This document shows, piece after piece, positions 12,046 to 25,988 of a stretch of DNA of 64,000 nt; position 1 is the first letter of the stretch; the number at the start of each line of letters is the position of its first letter. Source of the stretch: the human T2T-CHM13v2.0 reference genome, Homo sapiens. Below the pieces are notes generated by a model. It saw only the letters and a list, made by a program, of their open reading frames with translations. It was not told the DNA's origin and did not search any database. The stretch lies in the NCBI RefSeq assembly GCF_009914755.1, contig NC_060926.1; one strand, 5' to 3'. The translations under genes and the position numbers were made by a program.

Positions 12046-13296
12046 CTTTAAGTTGAATCTAAGATCTATTAAATTTAAAAGGAAATAATTGTGTTTAGTA
12101 CCAAGAACAATATAAGTATGGGAAATAAACCATTTTAAAAATAATTTGTTGAAATGTCAGGATGGCCTAAGAAATAGCTCTAGCACCATGTTATGTTTTT
12201 TTAATTTTTTTCCAGTTTCAAGTGCTTACCAATTTTTTCTTCTAATCCTATAACTTTCTTGGACTTCTTCTGTTGGCTCTGTGAGTTTCATTACTAAATC
12301 TGTTAGGAAAGTAGGTGTTTTTTTCTCCATTGATTTCAATAGACTCATCTATTTTAAATTACAACATCTTAAATTTGTAGACTCGTACATTGTTGAGTAG
12401 TCATACAAATAGTAGGCATTCTTGCCTCTTTCCTAATCTTAATCTTTGTACTGAGGATAGATTAAGTAATAAATCATAAACTAGTTAATTAAATGTACTA
12501 TGAATAAATTAAGGCATCCCAAAATAAGTGTGCTCCTGGAAAATTATTTTTGTGAATATTGAGGACATGCAGGAAATATGAAGGTTAACATAGTAAGATA
12601 TATTAGTGAACTTACTTTATGAGAAAATTAGCCTTATAATCTACACATACAAAAAAGTAAAATATGATAGTAAAATTGCCATTATTTTCCCATATATCTG
12701 TATTATTTGAAATGAGGAGCAGCATCTCTTACTATTATTTCAGATTGCTGATTTTAGAGATTATTAGACAAAGAAAAAGTACATCTTACAACTTTCTATT
12801 CTAACAAGTTAATATAACTAACATAATAAGTTATTATTTGAAAGAATTGAGGTCAATCTATTATACACCTAAAATACTATTCTGTAAAGTTTTGTATTAT
12901 AATTCACATATTGAAAGTGTAAATGAGTTGGGAGGCATATTTTTATGATTTTGCAACCTTGAGAAATTAAGCCCTTTTAGCTGACCTTCGGTCATTCTAT
13001 CTATATAGTGAGGATATCTTATGCCGTACCCTACTCTCCTCACTCATTTGCCTAATTTATCATTATGATACAGAGTGACAGACTGACCTAAGATTAATAT
13101 ATTTTCTTTGACTTACTGAAAACTTGATTCCTTGCAAAGGCATAGAGAAGGTTCCATTTTTGTCTCTTTGCATGTATTATATCAACCAGGGGAAAAACTG
13201 TTTTGAATTATATTTTCATTTTAGTTTTCTTTTTCCTGCTTAAGAGACAAAGAAATAAACACACACACATGCACGACTTTATGTTGATAAATATGA

Positions 13297-13670
13297 ATAT
13301 CAGTTAGGCTAGACTAGGTCATGTTGCAGTATAGTAAAATTCTCAAAACCTCAGTAGTTTAAACAACAAACTTCTATTTCGTCTTCATGCAACTTCTGCA
13401 CTGAGGGCTGCTTTGATCACTGCATGTTCTACAAGACCTTGGGCGACTGAGGTTTCATCTTTATAGCCTCCTATTCACTGCCTCAGTGGGAAGGGGCCTC
13501 TGAAGAATCCTGCAAATGATCCAGTGCTCTGACCTGGGCGTGACACATGTCATACCTTCCACCACTTACTGGCCAGAACAGAGCCCCAAATCATCACAGT
13601 AGGGCTGGGAGTTCTGTCCTTTCTCATTGTGTCAAAGGAAGAAGATCTAGACATTGGGAAGCATTCTAAG
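13297..13670 (-). mobile_element. Old MaLR LTR (MLT1K/L-like)
   Basis: 'tatcagttaggc...ctcagtagtttaaacaacaaac...gtgacacatgtcatacc...actggccagaac...ggctggga'. Confidence 0.55.
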
Positions 13671-14504
13671 ATTTCACATTAGACAATGTTATTGGCTCAG
13701 AAATCATAAATATGTTAGCCTCTAATCATTTTAAGTACAATGTAGTCAAGCTGTTTGAATGATTCTAACCCTTCCCTTATCATCAGAAAGACCGTTAAAA
13801 TTAAGATTAATTGTGATTCCATCAATTGAAGTTGAACATTTTCTATTTGGAGATAAAGGAATGAAAGTTTAGAGAGCATGAAAAACCTAGATATATTTGG
13901 TACAGAATTTATAAACCAGACTTGCTTTTAAGAATAATATAGCTATAAAAATCAGTGAACTTAGCTACTTGCTTTCAATCACTGACATTTTCCAAGCTGC
14001 TAGCTGGCCTTCACTCTTCACCTCCAGGACAAATTTACCTCCTCTACAGAGCCTTCTGCTAATGTAGTCCTCCTTGCCTACTTAGGCAAACAGAGCCAGA
14101 GCAATCTCTCACTAGCTATCCTAACTACTACATTCTTAGTGCTCATCATGTTGCCTGCATATATTATTTTCTTATTACTTGTGACCACTACCTTCCGCAG
14201 ACTGTAAATGCTGCAGGATCAAGGACTCCAGTGGCCTGTTACCCCTTGTGTCTTTGGATCCTACCACAGAGTGACATCTCCAACTTCTGAATTCCTCTGT
14301 GTCCTTGGTATCTGTAGATCTGTTTTAGCACTTTGGAGCCTTGATCACAAACTTTCCTGTGTTTTTCTGATAATACTTATTGAATGCTAATTTATAAAAT
14401 GCAAGTAATCTCTATAGGGACATTAAATAAATTGTTCTCTGAACACATTTAGCTAAAACACAGACTTCAATCTTAATAACAGTATTTAAAAAAGAAAAAG
14501 GAAC

Positions 14505-14715
14505 CAACTCTTACTATGCACCAGGTAATCAAGTTTTAGATAATTTAACTTACTTGGCCCAAACCACCCTAAACTCATTTACACATGAGGGAATTAAAAC
14601 TATAAAGGGTCAAGAATTGCCCCAAATCAAATGGCTCATAACTAGTAAAATCAGGAATTGATCTTAGATATATTGGCTCCAGAGTCTGTGAGCTTAACCA
14701 TTTTGCTATAATGCC
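14505..14715 (-). mobile_element. MIR SINE
   Basis: 'ctcatttacacatgagggaattaaaac...ttgccccaaatca...ggctccagagtctgtgagcttaacc'. Confidence 0.65.
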
Positions 14716-15264
14716 CTCTTATTGGTAGATTCTATCTTCCCTTAAAGGTTCTAATTTTGGATTTGTCATTTTTCTCTGTTTTGTTTTGTTTTGTTTCCTT
14801 TGTATACAAGAGGAAAAAAAATGTATTGAGACCAGATGATCTCTAGATCTCACTTTCCATTCCAGTAGTCTATGAGTCATATTAGGAAAACTGTTTTAAA
14901 TTGCAAACATTTAGTTACAAGAATCTTCATAGTGTCTGTTCAGATACAGCTAACTGAAGTGACAAAAATTTTATCATGAACATTCTATGCTGTCATGTTA
15001 GTACACTTAAAAGACAAGGAACAATTATAGCATGCTGTTTAAAAAGAAGGCTTCTTCATTATAATTAATTACTAGTAAACATAAATCTGTTTCAAGAATG
15101 CCATGCCCAAGATAAATGGAAGTGTCACATGCCATAACCAAGAGAAAGTTAGAAATCAAAGGCATTTGAAGCAACCACATATAGATACATAATACATTTC
15201 CATAAAAAGCTCAAAACTTTTGCTAACTTTTGTTTCAACAAAAGTTGCTAAGAATTACCTAGAC

Positions 15265-15478
15265 ACAGAATCTTCAATTTTATAAATCAAACGTGTGGGG
15301 AATACTAGATTAAACAAAGTTAAACATGTGTTTTAGAACATTTACTATAAAAATAGAATCATACATTTCTTTTAGAAGGAATAACAGTGTTTCCCAACAT
15401 ACTTGGCCATGGAACCCCTATTTCTTTTATTAGGCATCTCTTGTGATTAATGGTCCCTGAAATATTCTTTAGCAAATA
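15265..15478. mobile_element. hAT-Charlie relic (MER112-like)
   Basis: 'ggaatactagattaaacaaagttaaaca' and 'gtgtttcccaacatacttggccatggaacccc'. Confidence 0.45.
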
Positions 15479-18370
15479 ACAAATGCTGATTTGAGATCTA
15501 AGGAAACATGAAATTTAAAAGTAGTGAGTTTAGTGTGAATGTCCCAGAAACTTGAAAGAAACATAATAAAATGTTAGCTCTCTTACTAATGTAACTTTCA
15601 AATCAAAAGTTTAATTTTTCTGTAGCCTGATATAGACATCAGTTGACAAAAACATTTAAATACATTTATATATGTGTGCATATATATGGAGATGCATAAT
15701 TGTTATGCATATATATGCATACATATGTCAAATATAAACTCTTCTTCAATTCAGTTCTGAACAAAGCAATTAACATTCTAAAATGTTTATGAAAAATAAG
15801 AATGTCTATATTGGGAAGCTCTTTTTAATGGACAATATGCATGTTCTTAGAGAAATATTTTATAGGGGTGAGTGTTGGTAAGAATCATTTTGGCTAGGGT
15901 AAAAATGTTCAGTAAAATATAATCTTCACTCATTATTTTTTTCACAAGCTACAGCTCACTGCTACAAAGGTCAGCAGTTATAGTCCTCAGTGGATTCTTA
16001 GTATGTAGAATGAGGGAGTTTGAAATGATTTGTTCTGTCACCTGTTCCCAGAAAAACTGACATAATTTAATATGATGACTGTTCTCCTTTACCTCATTAA
16101 ACCAGTAAAGGAGAGCTGCATAGAATCCTAAGTAATTTATGACTTACCACTTGCAAAATATGAGTTTGGAATTCTGAACTCCACCTGCCACAACTGCCTA
16201 CTCATGCCCACCACTAGCCAAAATCATTTGTGTGCCTAGAATAGAAAACCTGCGGCAAAGTCCCTTTTAAATCGGACAAGGCAAGTGTACGTAAGCCAGT
16301 TATGGTGTAAATATACAACACCTTTGCCTTTCATCAAAACAATGATTTCAGGAGGGGATTCTCCTTTATACTGTCATGACTTAGAATCAATGAGTTAAAA
16401 AATAGGAAATATTCAAAGTATGAACAATAATATAGCAAAGGAAAAGAAAGAAATTAAAAACCTTTAAATAGAAGTCTTATCTGTTGGTTGATAATCTGGA
16501 TTCTTACAGGTTAGCCACACAGTAAGAGGAGACTGCAAAGTATATTTTATAATTTCAGAAACAAAAATGGGAGTAATGTACTATAGGAGTACCCAAGAAA
16601 AGCAAACTGTTATATTTCCTTGCTTTTGCCTAGAGTTAGTTAAATTCCATATGCTAACTTTGGTTATATGATGTTTATCTCTGGAAATTCAGTTCTGTTT
16701 CTGTTTCATATAAAATTAATTCATTGAATTTTTGGAAAAGGAAATAATTATTACTTAAAAACAATAGTTTGGTTGACAAAACATTTTCAGAAGCTGTGAC
16801 AGAGAGATGTCTATATAAGAAAGCATAATCCAACTTCAGAAACAGAATGCAAAGAAAGAAGAGATAGTTTTTCAAGTAGAAAAGACTATACTCAAAAGAA
16901 AAGGTTAGTGTTCTTTTAATATACCTAGGGAAATAAATTTTAAAAAGTCATAAGAGCAAAAAATCAATATGTGCCAAGGGGTAACATTCCATAGCATTTC
17001 TGATATCTTTATAATATTTAAAAATCACAGCTTGCTGGGATTTTTATTAATGACAAATGAAATAGATTATAAATAGCCATGAACCTAACCTCCTTCAATT
17101 TGTAGAGTACTTATCAAATTTCTAAATGTGATTTTTCATAATGCTTCTTTTCACAGACACTACAGGGAAGGATGTCATCGATGCTATTTCAGATCTGTCA
17201 TATATAATCTTCTAATCTGCCAACTTTTGCAACTAAAAGATGAGCTCATGTACAAGCTGACAAGAGGTGGTAATGAGTCTAGGCTTTCTTGAAGGTTGTT
17301 AAAAGTTTAAGTCCCCGGCATTGTGCAGGTGCTCTCTGAATTGGCTTGGCAATTTTTATAATGACAGCTGCTGTCAGGTGAGAGGATACCAGGAATGTTT
17401 TCAGTAACAGTGAAAGAGTGTTAGAAATAAAAGTGGCCCCAGATATTGGCAAAAGTGATTTGTGTAAACTTATCAAATTTCTTTGGGAGTCCTGGATGGT
17501 TCATTTTTCCCTAGGTATGCTTTAAAATCACCATTTCTGCTGATGATTATATTATCTTTATATGGAAATTAATCAGATTAGCTGAAATAGGAAAAAACCC
17601 AGACACATCAATCCGGAGTTTATGGCCCTGACATTTCCAAGTCTGAAAAAACTCCTAATGTATAATATTACTACCAATTATTATTAGAAGTAGCAGCAGC
17701 ATCAATGCTCCTATAAGTAATACTACACGCTTTAACGTATATGTCTATAAATGTCCACGGCTTTCAGTTACTTCTTTGGAAGTGATCAACCAGACTAGAT
17801 TGCCATTTTACATTGGAATTTGGATAATTTTTTTTTTTCCAGAAAGTCGAGCCTAAGAAGGCTGAGGCCTAACTTTAGATCCACATACCAGGGTGCTGTA
17901 AACACAAGAAGTTATCCAAGCTTTGTAACTCACTGTGCTATACTAGATGAATATTACTGGAGTTATGTCAGCTTTTTGTATAAGCTAAAGGTCTTAGGCC
18001 AGTTCCAGGAAGCTGTTACAGTTATCACTTTTATTTGTTTGTTTCATGTTATATTTTGTCTTCTCAGTATTGGTTTTTATTATTTCTGGATTAGTTACCA
18101 GTTCTTCAAAATTGGAGACTTTGCCTAAAAAGCAAATTTTCATCTTCTAAGGAAAAGTAGAATGTATGGGAACAGGAGGATCATGTTCAAACACAGCCAG
18201 AGTGAAATCTAAAGGAGTAGCTTTGAGTGCTTTGGAAGGCCCTCAGGTGACCGTATTCCCCACCTGGCTGGTTTCACACATTAAGACTACCTACTGGTCT
18301 TGATAATTATGTGAATTTGATAATTTTGCAAAAGATCTTCAAGTAGCAACAGGTTCTTACAGAGGAGTAA

Positions 18371-18418
18371 ATATATATATATACACACACATATATACAT
18401 ATGTGTGTGTATATATAT
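18371..18418. repeat. (TA)n(CA)n/(TG)n(TA)n palindromic microsatellite
   Basis: Directly visible. Confidence 0.9.
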
Positions 18419-19631
18419 GCAGTCCCTAACTGAGTTCCTTAGCAGTGAGAACTTTGAACATTTACTTTTTTACCCAATTTCCTATGAGGTCCCCAGAGAG
18501 AGGCTGACAAGACAAAAACAGGTCTCCATTCTCAGAAAAGGAATAGACGGGTCCCTAAACGGCAAAAACAAGCGTCCAAACAAACCCTAAGTTATACAAC
18601 CTTGACTCCTGGAGATGGACAGGGGATGGTAATTAATGAAAGAAAAGGATTTCAAGAACTGGGTCACATGGTCACTTTCGGAAGAGCAGCACATACAACT
18701 TGACACTGAATCCCAGTAGTCACTGGGCTTGTTTACTACTGACTGCCTTAGGTAAAGATTGGTGTTGGAATTTGGCAGTAGGGCCCATCTTAAAGATAAG
18801 GATCCAGGAACCCACTGCTACTGTGAAGGTAAAAACTCAAGACTGAGCCAAGCCAGACAGACAGCCATAAGTGTGTGTTTCTGATCATCAGAATGTGGGT
18901 TTAGCAAATACAACTATTAGTTTACCTTAATGATAAAGCCTTTAAGCTCTGGAGAGTGTATAGAAAAGAGTCAAGTGCAGAAGTGTTGTTCAGAGGCAAT
19001 GGATATTCTTCAGAGCAGATGAATATTTTAGGTACAGCCAGTGCATGGTAACACCTCTGTGTCAAGAAACTTTTTGTTCAAAATGTTCTATTGCAAGGTT
19101 AAGTTAAAGAAACATACTGTTCCACGAGATATCTATAAGAGAATTAAAACTCAAGGCAGTGTTGTGGATTTCAGTCTAGAAGTCTGAGGTAAAGTTCATT
19201 TTCCTTCTTTTAGGTCACAGAGTAAGTCGCTATAGCAATCCTAGACCTGAAACGATGTTGCATTGTTTAGTGTCTGTTGCCATTATCTGAAATGATCTAG
19301 GATCCACAATGTCAGTGTCAGGCCAGGAGACCTGGGCATTAAACTATGCAGCATAGGTCACCCTTTGTCTACATTGACATGTTACCCATGTTATGAACCA
19401 AAGATTGCATCTCCCAAGCAAACTGAGTCCAGTGCAAACATCACAGGGAGCAGCAGAGAACAGAAGCACATAGCACTGAGTAGCTGGGTGGGCCAGGGTG
19501 AAATACTGTGAGCTTCACTTGCTCATGTATAAAGAAAATATAAGCTTAGTGCTTACTGCTAAGGTTGTTATGAAAATTTCTTGACTAAATCATGTAACGT
19601 TTTTAAAGGTAACTCTTCACTGAATAAATAC

Positions 19632-19675
19632 TGATGATGATGACAATGATGATGATGGTGATAATGATGATGATG
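19632..19675 (+). repeat. (GAT)n imperfect trinucleotide repeat
   Basis: tgatgatgatgacaatgatgatgatggtgataatgatgatgatg. Confidence 0.9.
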
Positions 19676-19799
19676 GCAGCAACTAGATGGACTACATTTG
19701 GAAGCAAACCAACTTTTTAACACTGAATCAAATAGAATGAAGCATTTTAAAGGCTGGGTTCCAGAAACTATTCTAGTTGGGGAATTAGGCCAGGTGGAT

Positions 19800-20110
19800 A
19801 CTTAACTTCTCCTGACTAATGCCTATGTATCTTTCCAGTCTCAGGTTTGATGCTGTTTCTTCAGGAAGTCTTCCCTATCATGCTATCTTGAGTCAAGCAT
19901 TCCAGCTTTGTATGCCATGATATTCTGCCATTCCCAAATCATAACACTTTCTGTGATTCATTGTTAAAAAGTTTGATTGTGTGGTCTGTATATATTAGTA
20001 ATCTGCAAACTCCATGAAGGTAGCAGCCTCTTCAACTTATGTCCTACACCAGGCATAGCACTAAGCAGATAGGAAGGGCTCGATAAATACTCGCTGGATA
20101 AATTAATCTA
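19800..20110 (+). mobile_element. L2 3' end
   Basis: 'ttcttcaggaagtcttccct...aaactccatgaaggtagc...gctcgataaatact'. Confidence 0.55.
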
Positions 20111-20424
20111 TCAATTGACTTGGTATACCAACCCACCCACTCTCAACTCAGGTAAGAATGTAGTAATTAAACCCATCAGATATAAAATCAGCATCATCCA
20201 GAAAAGGGGTGATAATTTTTCAACTATGATCTAATGTGGAAGTATTACCAAGTGAAAGTATAAGGCTGTTGCTATTATACAGTTACAGAATTAATTTGAA
20301 AGATTTATAACTCCCTATTTTTGGAAATCATAAGTGTGATTACTTATCCGTTGGAAGGGTATGAACATTTTCCAGTGCCGGAAGAAGGCAACATACACAT
20401 GTAGTGCAACACTTAATGATGTAT

Positions 20425-21030
20425 TTATATGAAGATATTTGAGTACCACTTATCTTAGATTTGGGGGATGCCCCAGTGAACATGATAAATACAGCTTTGT
20501 TTTTAGTTTTGTTTTGTTTTCATGGAGATTATAGTCAAGGGAGAAAGAAAGAAAACAAATCAGAAACCAAGAAAATAGGACGATATCAGATATTGGAATG
20601 TACCGTGGAAGAAAATAATGTTGGGTAATGGAATGCAGAGGACTGGGAGGTAATGACTGGGGTTTTCTTCAATTAGATTTCATAGATGGCCTGAGGACGT
20701 GGCATCTTTCAGATAGGAACAATGAGAAGAGCTGGCACTACTAAGATCTGGGAGGATGTCATTCCAGGAAAAAGTAATGACACACAACACATGAAGACTC
20801 TCTGAAGCAGATGTATGTGGCCTGTGCAAGTGTCCAGGAGAGCTACGGAGGCCAGAGCACAAAGAGGAAGAGGGAGAATGGAGTGAAGAGAGGTCAGAGA
20901 GGAAGGACAATCCAGGGCCTTTGGACTTAGAGCACATTCACAGTCTGTATATTATTCTGATTCTAATGGAAATCCACGAAGTTTTCGAGCAGGTTTAGGT
21001 TATTCGAAAAATCATGACTATCATGAGGAG
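20425..21030 (-). mobile_element. L2 3' region (antisense)
   Basis: 'catggagattatagtc', 'cctgaggacgtggcatctt', 'cattccaggaaaaag', 'gagaggtcagagag', 'attctgattctaatggaaatcca'. Confidence 0.6.
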
Positions 21031-21120
21031 AATGTACCCATTATATTATGATTGCTGAATGAGCACATTTTATATCAACTTCAGACATCATTAATAATCA
21101 TTTGCTAAAGATTGTGTCTC

Positions 21121-21420
21121 TTTTTGTTTTAGAGACAAGGTCTCACTCTGTCACCCAGGCTGGAGTGCAGTGGCAGGAACTCGGCCCACTGCAGCCTCTA
21201 CCTCCAAAGCTCAAGTGATCCTCCCACCTCAGCCTCCCCAGTACATGAGACTACAGACATGCACCACCACCCCTGGCAAATTTATTTTACCTTACTTTTT
21301 GTAGAGGCAGGGTATCACTATGTTGCCCAGGCTGTTCTTGAGTTCCTGGGCTCAAGCGACCCCAACTACCTTGGCCTTCTAAAGTGCTGAGATGACAGGC
21401 ATGAGCCACCATGCCTAGCT
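21121..21420 (-). mobile_element. AluJ
   Basis: Antisense Alu with J-type 'gctcaagtgatcctcccacctcagcc' and 'cactatgttgcccaggctg...ctgggctcaagcga'. Confidence 0.94.
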
Positions 21421-21457
21421 GTCTTCTTTGCCAATACACTGTAATTTCAAAATTCTA

Positions 21458-22059
<602 letters not shown>

Positions 22060-22402
22060 ACAAAACTTATAAATTTTAATTTAATTGTTCTCTATTCTCC
22101 AAAATCCTCTAAATGATTTTGTTGACAGAGCAATAAAAACAACCTTAATTAAGGCAGCGTGGGTCACATTTCACATCAAAAACAGCTAATATAAACTAGA
22201 ACCCAAAATTACCAAACTTCAGAAAAATCTCCTACAATAACTCCATCTTATGTAGCACCAACATTCAAATCATCTCACAAAGGTGGCAAAGTTATTCATG
22301 GATAATTTCATACAATGTCTCTTCAGAGCCTGAAACATTCCCTCCAAAATGTGACTTATTCTTCTTTCTTTTGTTTGTAACCAACTGAAATTTAAAGAAA
22401 CT

Positions 22403-22618
22403 CACATATATTTTATATTTATATATATATATATATATATAGAAAATTTCAATTGATAACAAACAAAAAACAAAATGAAACCAGGAAAAATATATACACA
22501 TATGTGTATATATATATACGTATTTATACACATATATGAAGTACACATATATGTATATGTGTGTGTATATATATACGTATATATACACATGTATGTGTTT
22601 ATGTTTTTCCTAATTTCA

Positions 22619-22664
<46 letters not shown>

Positions 22665-22685
22665 TATTTATATACACATATATAT
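22403..22685. repeat. Complex (TA)n/(CA)n/(TG)n tract with embedded unique islands
   Basis: Directly visible; see findings. Confidence 0.9.
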
Positions 22686-23136
22686 TTCTCCTGATTTCAT
22701 TTTGTTTTCTTACCAGAAAACTCTGGGACACACTTAGACATTACCTTCTGTTCTCCTTGTAGCATGTCATCAGAGTGAGCTTATAATTGATGCTGACTCT
22801 CAACCTGGCTGTGACTTATTGTTCATTGCAGAGTTGAGCTCACAGCATTTGGCCATTTGTTATAAATTCATACAAAGCTTTGCAAGTAGGTCTCCTTGAT
22901 GTCTCGTTATGCTACCACCTTTAAATGCCTATAACAATCACTGACAATTCTGGATGGTATGTAGATTTTAGCTGGTCTCTAGGTTCTCCTTAATATTTTC
23001 AACTCATAAATAAACTATGTATGATATGTTCCATCACTTATTTCAAAATAAATTATATTCTGTTTTTTCCATTGGGATGGAAGAGTTTTTGTATACTCTG
23101 TTCCATACCAGATACTGGTAAATGAAAGTTGAATAA

Positions 23137-23494
<358 letters not shown>

Positions 23495-23843
23495 TAGTGG
23501 GGAAGACAAACAATTGAATCAACAATCACGTGTTAGACATAGGAACTAGATGCTATAAGGGACTTTAGCCCCCTCTTCCTCCCTTTCTCGCACACAGAAA
23601 GAGAAGAATGTAAGTCATAGGAAGCCTCCTTTATAAAATGAAGTTTCAACAAGGCTTTGAAAGGTAAACATAATTATTTGAAGAAGGAATTTCTTCTATA
23701 TACAAGAAGGCAGACAGGAGTGAAGATCCAGAGCACATGTGAAGATGGTAGGAGGAATGATACTTCCACTCACTGAGTGAGAAAAGGGAAGAAGGGAAGC
23801 CTGTGGGTGGAGGCTGGTCAACTGTTGGAGAAGGAGTTGGGGT

Positions 23844-23905
23844 GTCACACATATATATGTGTAATATGTATGTCACACATATATATGAAGTCACACATAT
23901 ATATG
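23844..23905 (+). repeat. Three exact copies of 16-mer gtcacacatatatatg
   Basis: Copies at 23844-23859, 23872-23887 and 23890-23905. Confidence 0.9.
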
Positions 23906-24519
23906 AATGTATGAGGTGAGGTTTTCTGAGGATGGAGAGAGAGTTGAGTCAGGGGACTTGGGGAAAATGACTGCTTGAGATTGCCAGTGTGAGAAGTGTG
24001 AGACCAGAGGTTTAGACTAGAAAATCAAGCCATAAGCAAGTTGATAGTTCATTACAAAATGCTGAGCTCAAGGGCCTGGAAGTGTTTATAGGAGCTGGAA
24101 CGGTACTTATATTTGCATAATATACTAAAATAATTATATCTTGATGTGAATTAACCCAGTTGGCTATTTGTACCACACATGTAAATAAAATAGAATTGTA
24201 AAAGATACCAGCAGGTTTTAGACATATAAGTAATTCTGTGATTCAGTACTCACTTACAATTAATTTTACCAGGTGAAATTTCACCCCTTATCTAACCTTC
24301 ACTCAGCCTTCCCCTCCCTTTCTATTGTCTAAACTACCCAAGCTGTCCTATCACCAGCGCTCTCTCCTCACATGGCTCCCTCCATTCCAATTTCCGAGAG
24401 GACTTAAGTAATTAAGACTTTGAATGGTTATCAAGATTATAAACTCAACCTAGGAGAGAAATTATACCTTGCTTTTCATTTTGTTTTGCTCTTTCTACAA
24501 CAAAAATTCACAAGCAAGC

Positions 24520-24660
24520 TGTACATGAAAACATACTAATGCTAGGGCTCCATGCCTAAGTACTAAATCATAATTACCAGCAACTGAGGACTGGGCATCA
24601 GAATTTGGGGAAAGTTACAAAGGTGATTTTAATGTGAAGACATATGGACCACAGTGTTAG
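24520..24660. mobile_element. MER5A (hAT-Charlie) relic
   Basis: 'atactaatgctagggctcca...tactaaatcataa...gggcatcag...caaaggtgattttaatgtg'. Confidence 0.55.
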
Positions 24661-25988
24661 CTCCTAATTGGCATTCAGAGAAAAGTGATGTGTTTGAGTG
24701 GCTTTTGTAAGAAAAAAAAAAAAACAAAAAACCAACCAATTTATACCAGTCGCACTGCAAAAGCACAAAAATTGCAATTCTTGGTTGCAGTAGTGGGGTC
24801 AATGTCCTTCAAATCACAGATAATGTTTTAGAGGTAGGTATTATCGACAATGTTACAATTCAAATAAAAATTCATTTGTTGGAACACTCACACATGTTGT
24901 CAACCTGCCCATATACCTGCATATGATTTATTTAGCCAAAAAATACAATGCAAGGTTTCTAGTGAACTATATAATTTTCTTATGCCATTTTCTAAAAGGC
25001 ATAAAAGGCAACAAAACAATTGCATTGAAACAATGCTCTGACCTGAATAATCACACATAGAAAATAGTTTTATCTGGCAAAAGCCATTAGGAGAAACTGT
25101 GAACAAAGTGAAAACAGCTTTTGTGTATTTTGGATAATAGTAACTCAGCAGGACTAAAAAAGTAAAGCCCTATTAAATCTACTTCACGTTCTACAATTCT
25201 TGCTTTTTCAAAGAGTAACTCTTTGACTCCTGGGTTCAAATATTTCTGTTCCCAACACAGAATACAATTATAAAGCTCTCTGCCTAGATTTACTGAGCAT
25301 TACACTTTTCACTAGGATGTCAGACACTACATCAATGCATTACAATTACAATTATACCAAGACCTATTTTATTTACAGAAATAATTAATAATGTTGCTGC
25401 TGCTGATTTCTGACACGCCAAGGAATTGACTAGGCATGTGAAGGAGAAACCAAGAGCAAAATAGCGTTAGCTTGTACCTGATCATGTCTGGGCCTCATGA
25501 TGTCTCTTTTTCATCCCATTGGAAATAACATTTCTGCTTCTTATCTCACAACACAAAATCCTTCCTGCCTTTTCTAGAAACTTACAGTTCTAGAAGTTAT
25601 CCTTTTCCATTTCCTCTTCCCCACCCTATAAAGCTTTCCTTTAGCTAGTTAACACCTGAAAAGAATAAAATCCTTTAAAATAAATTAAAATTCCTAAGAC
25701 AAGTCACATGGCAACATTAAAAATAGTTTAGGAAGTAAAAACAAAAATTTTGTATACATTCATCTTTCCAATAATGCACACATCATTTTGTTTTCCTTTT
25801 CTGTCTCTGTGTCATATTCATGAATAATCTTTATATCCATTTTATATCCATTTAATTCCCCACAATCTTTACCTGTCTCTGTTGCCATCACCGTGGGCCA
25901 AACAGCTGATTCGTGGTGGAAATAAAGCTCCAATCAAATTCAGTTTGACTCCTAATTTTGTGTGCCATTTTTCCCACTGCGTTTTCAG

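Noticed and set aside
22292-22762. Y/I-rich ORFs (also 4971-5153 and 27631-27939)
   Set aside because: Artefacts of (TA)n/(CA)n repeats lacking stop codons.
23844-23905. Repeat-spacer-repeat pattern resembling CRISPR
   Set aside because: Eukaryotic context, 16-bp repeats, 2-12 nt spacers and no cas genes.
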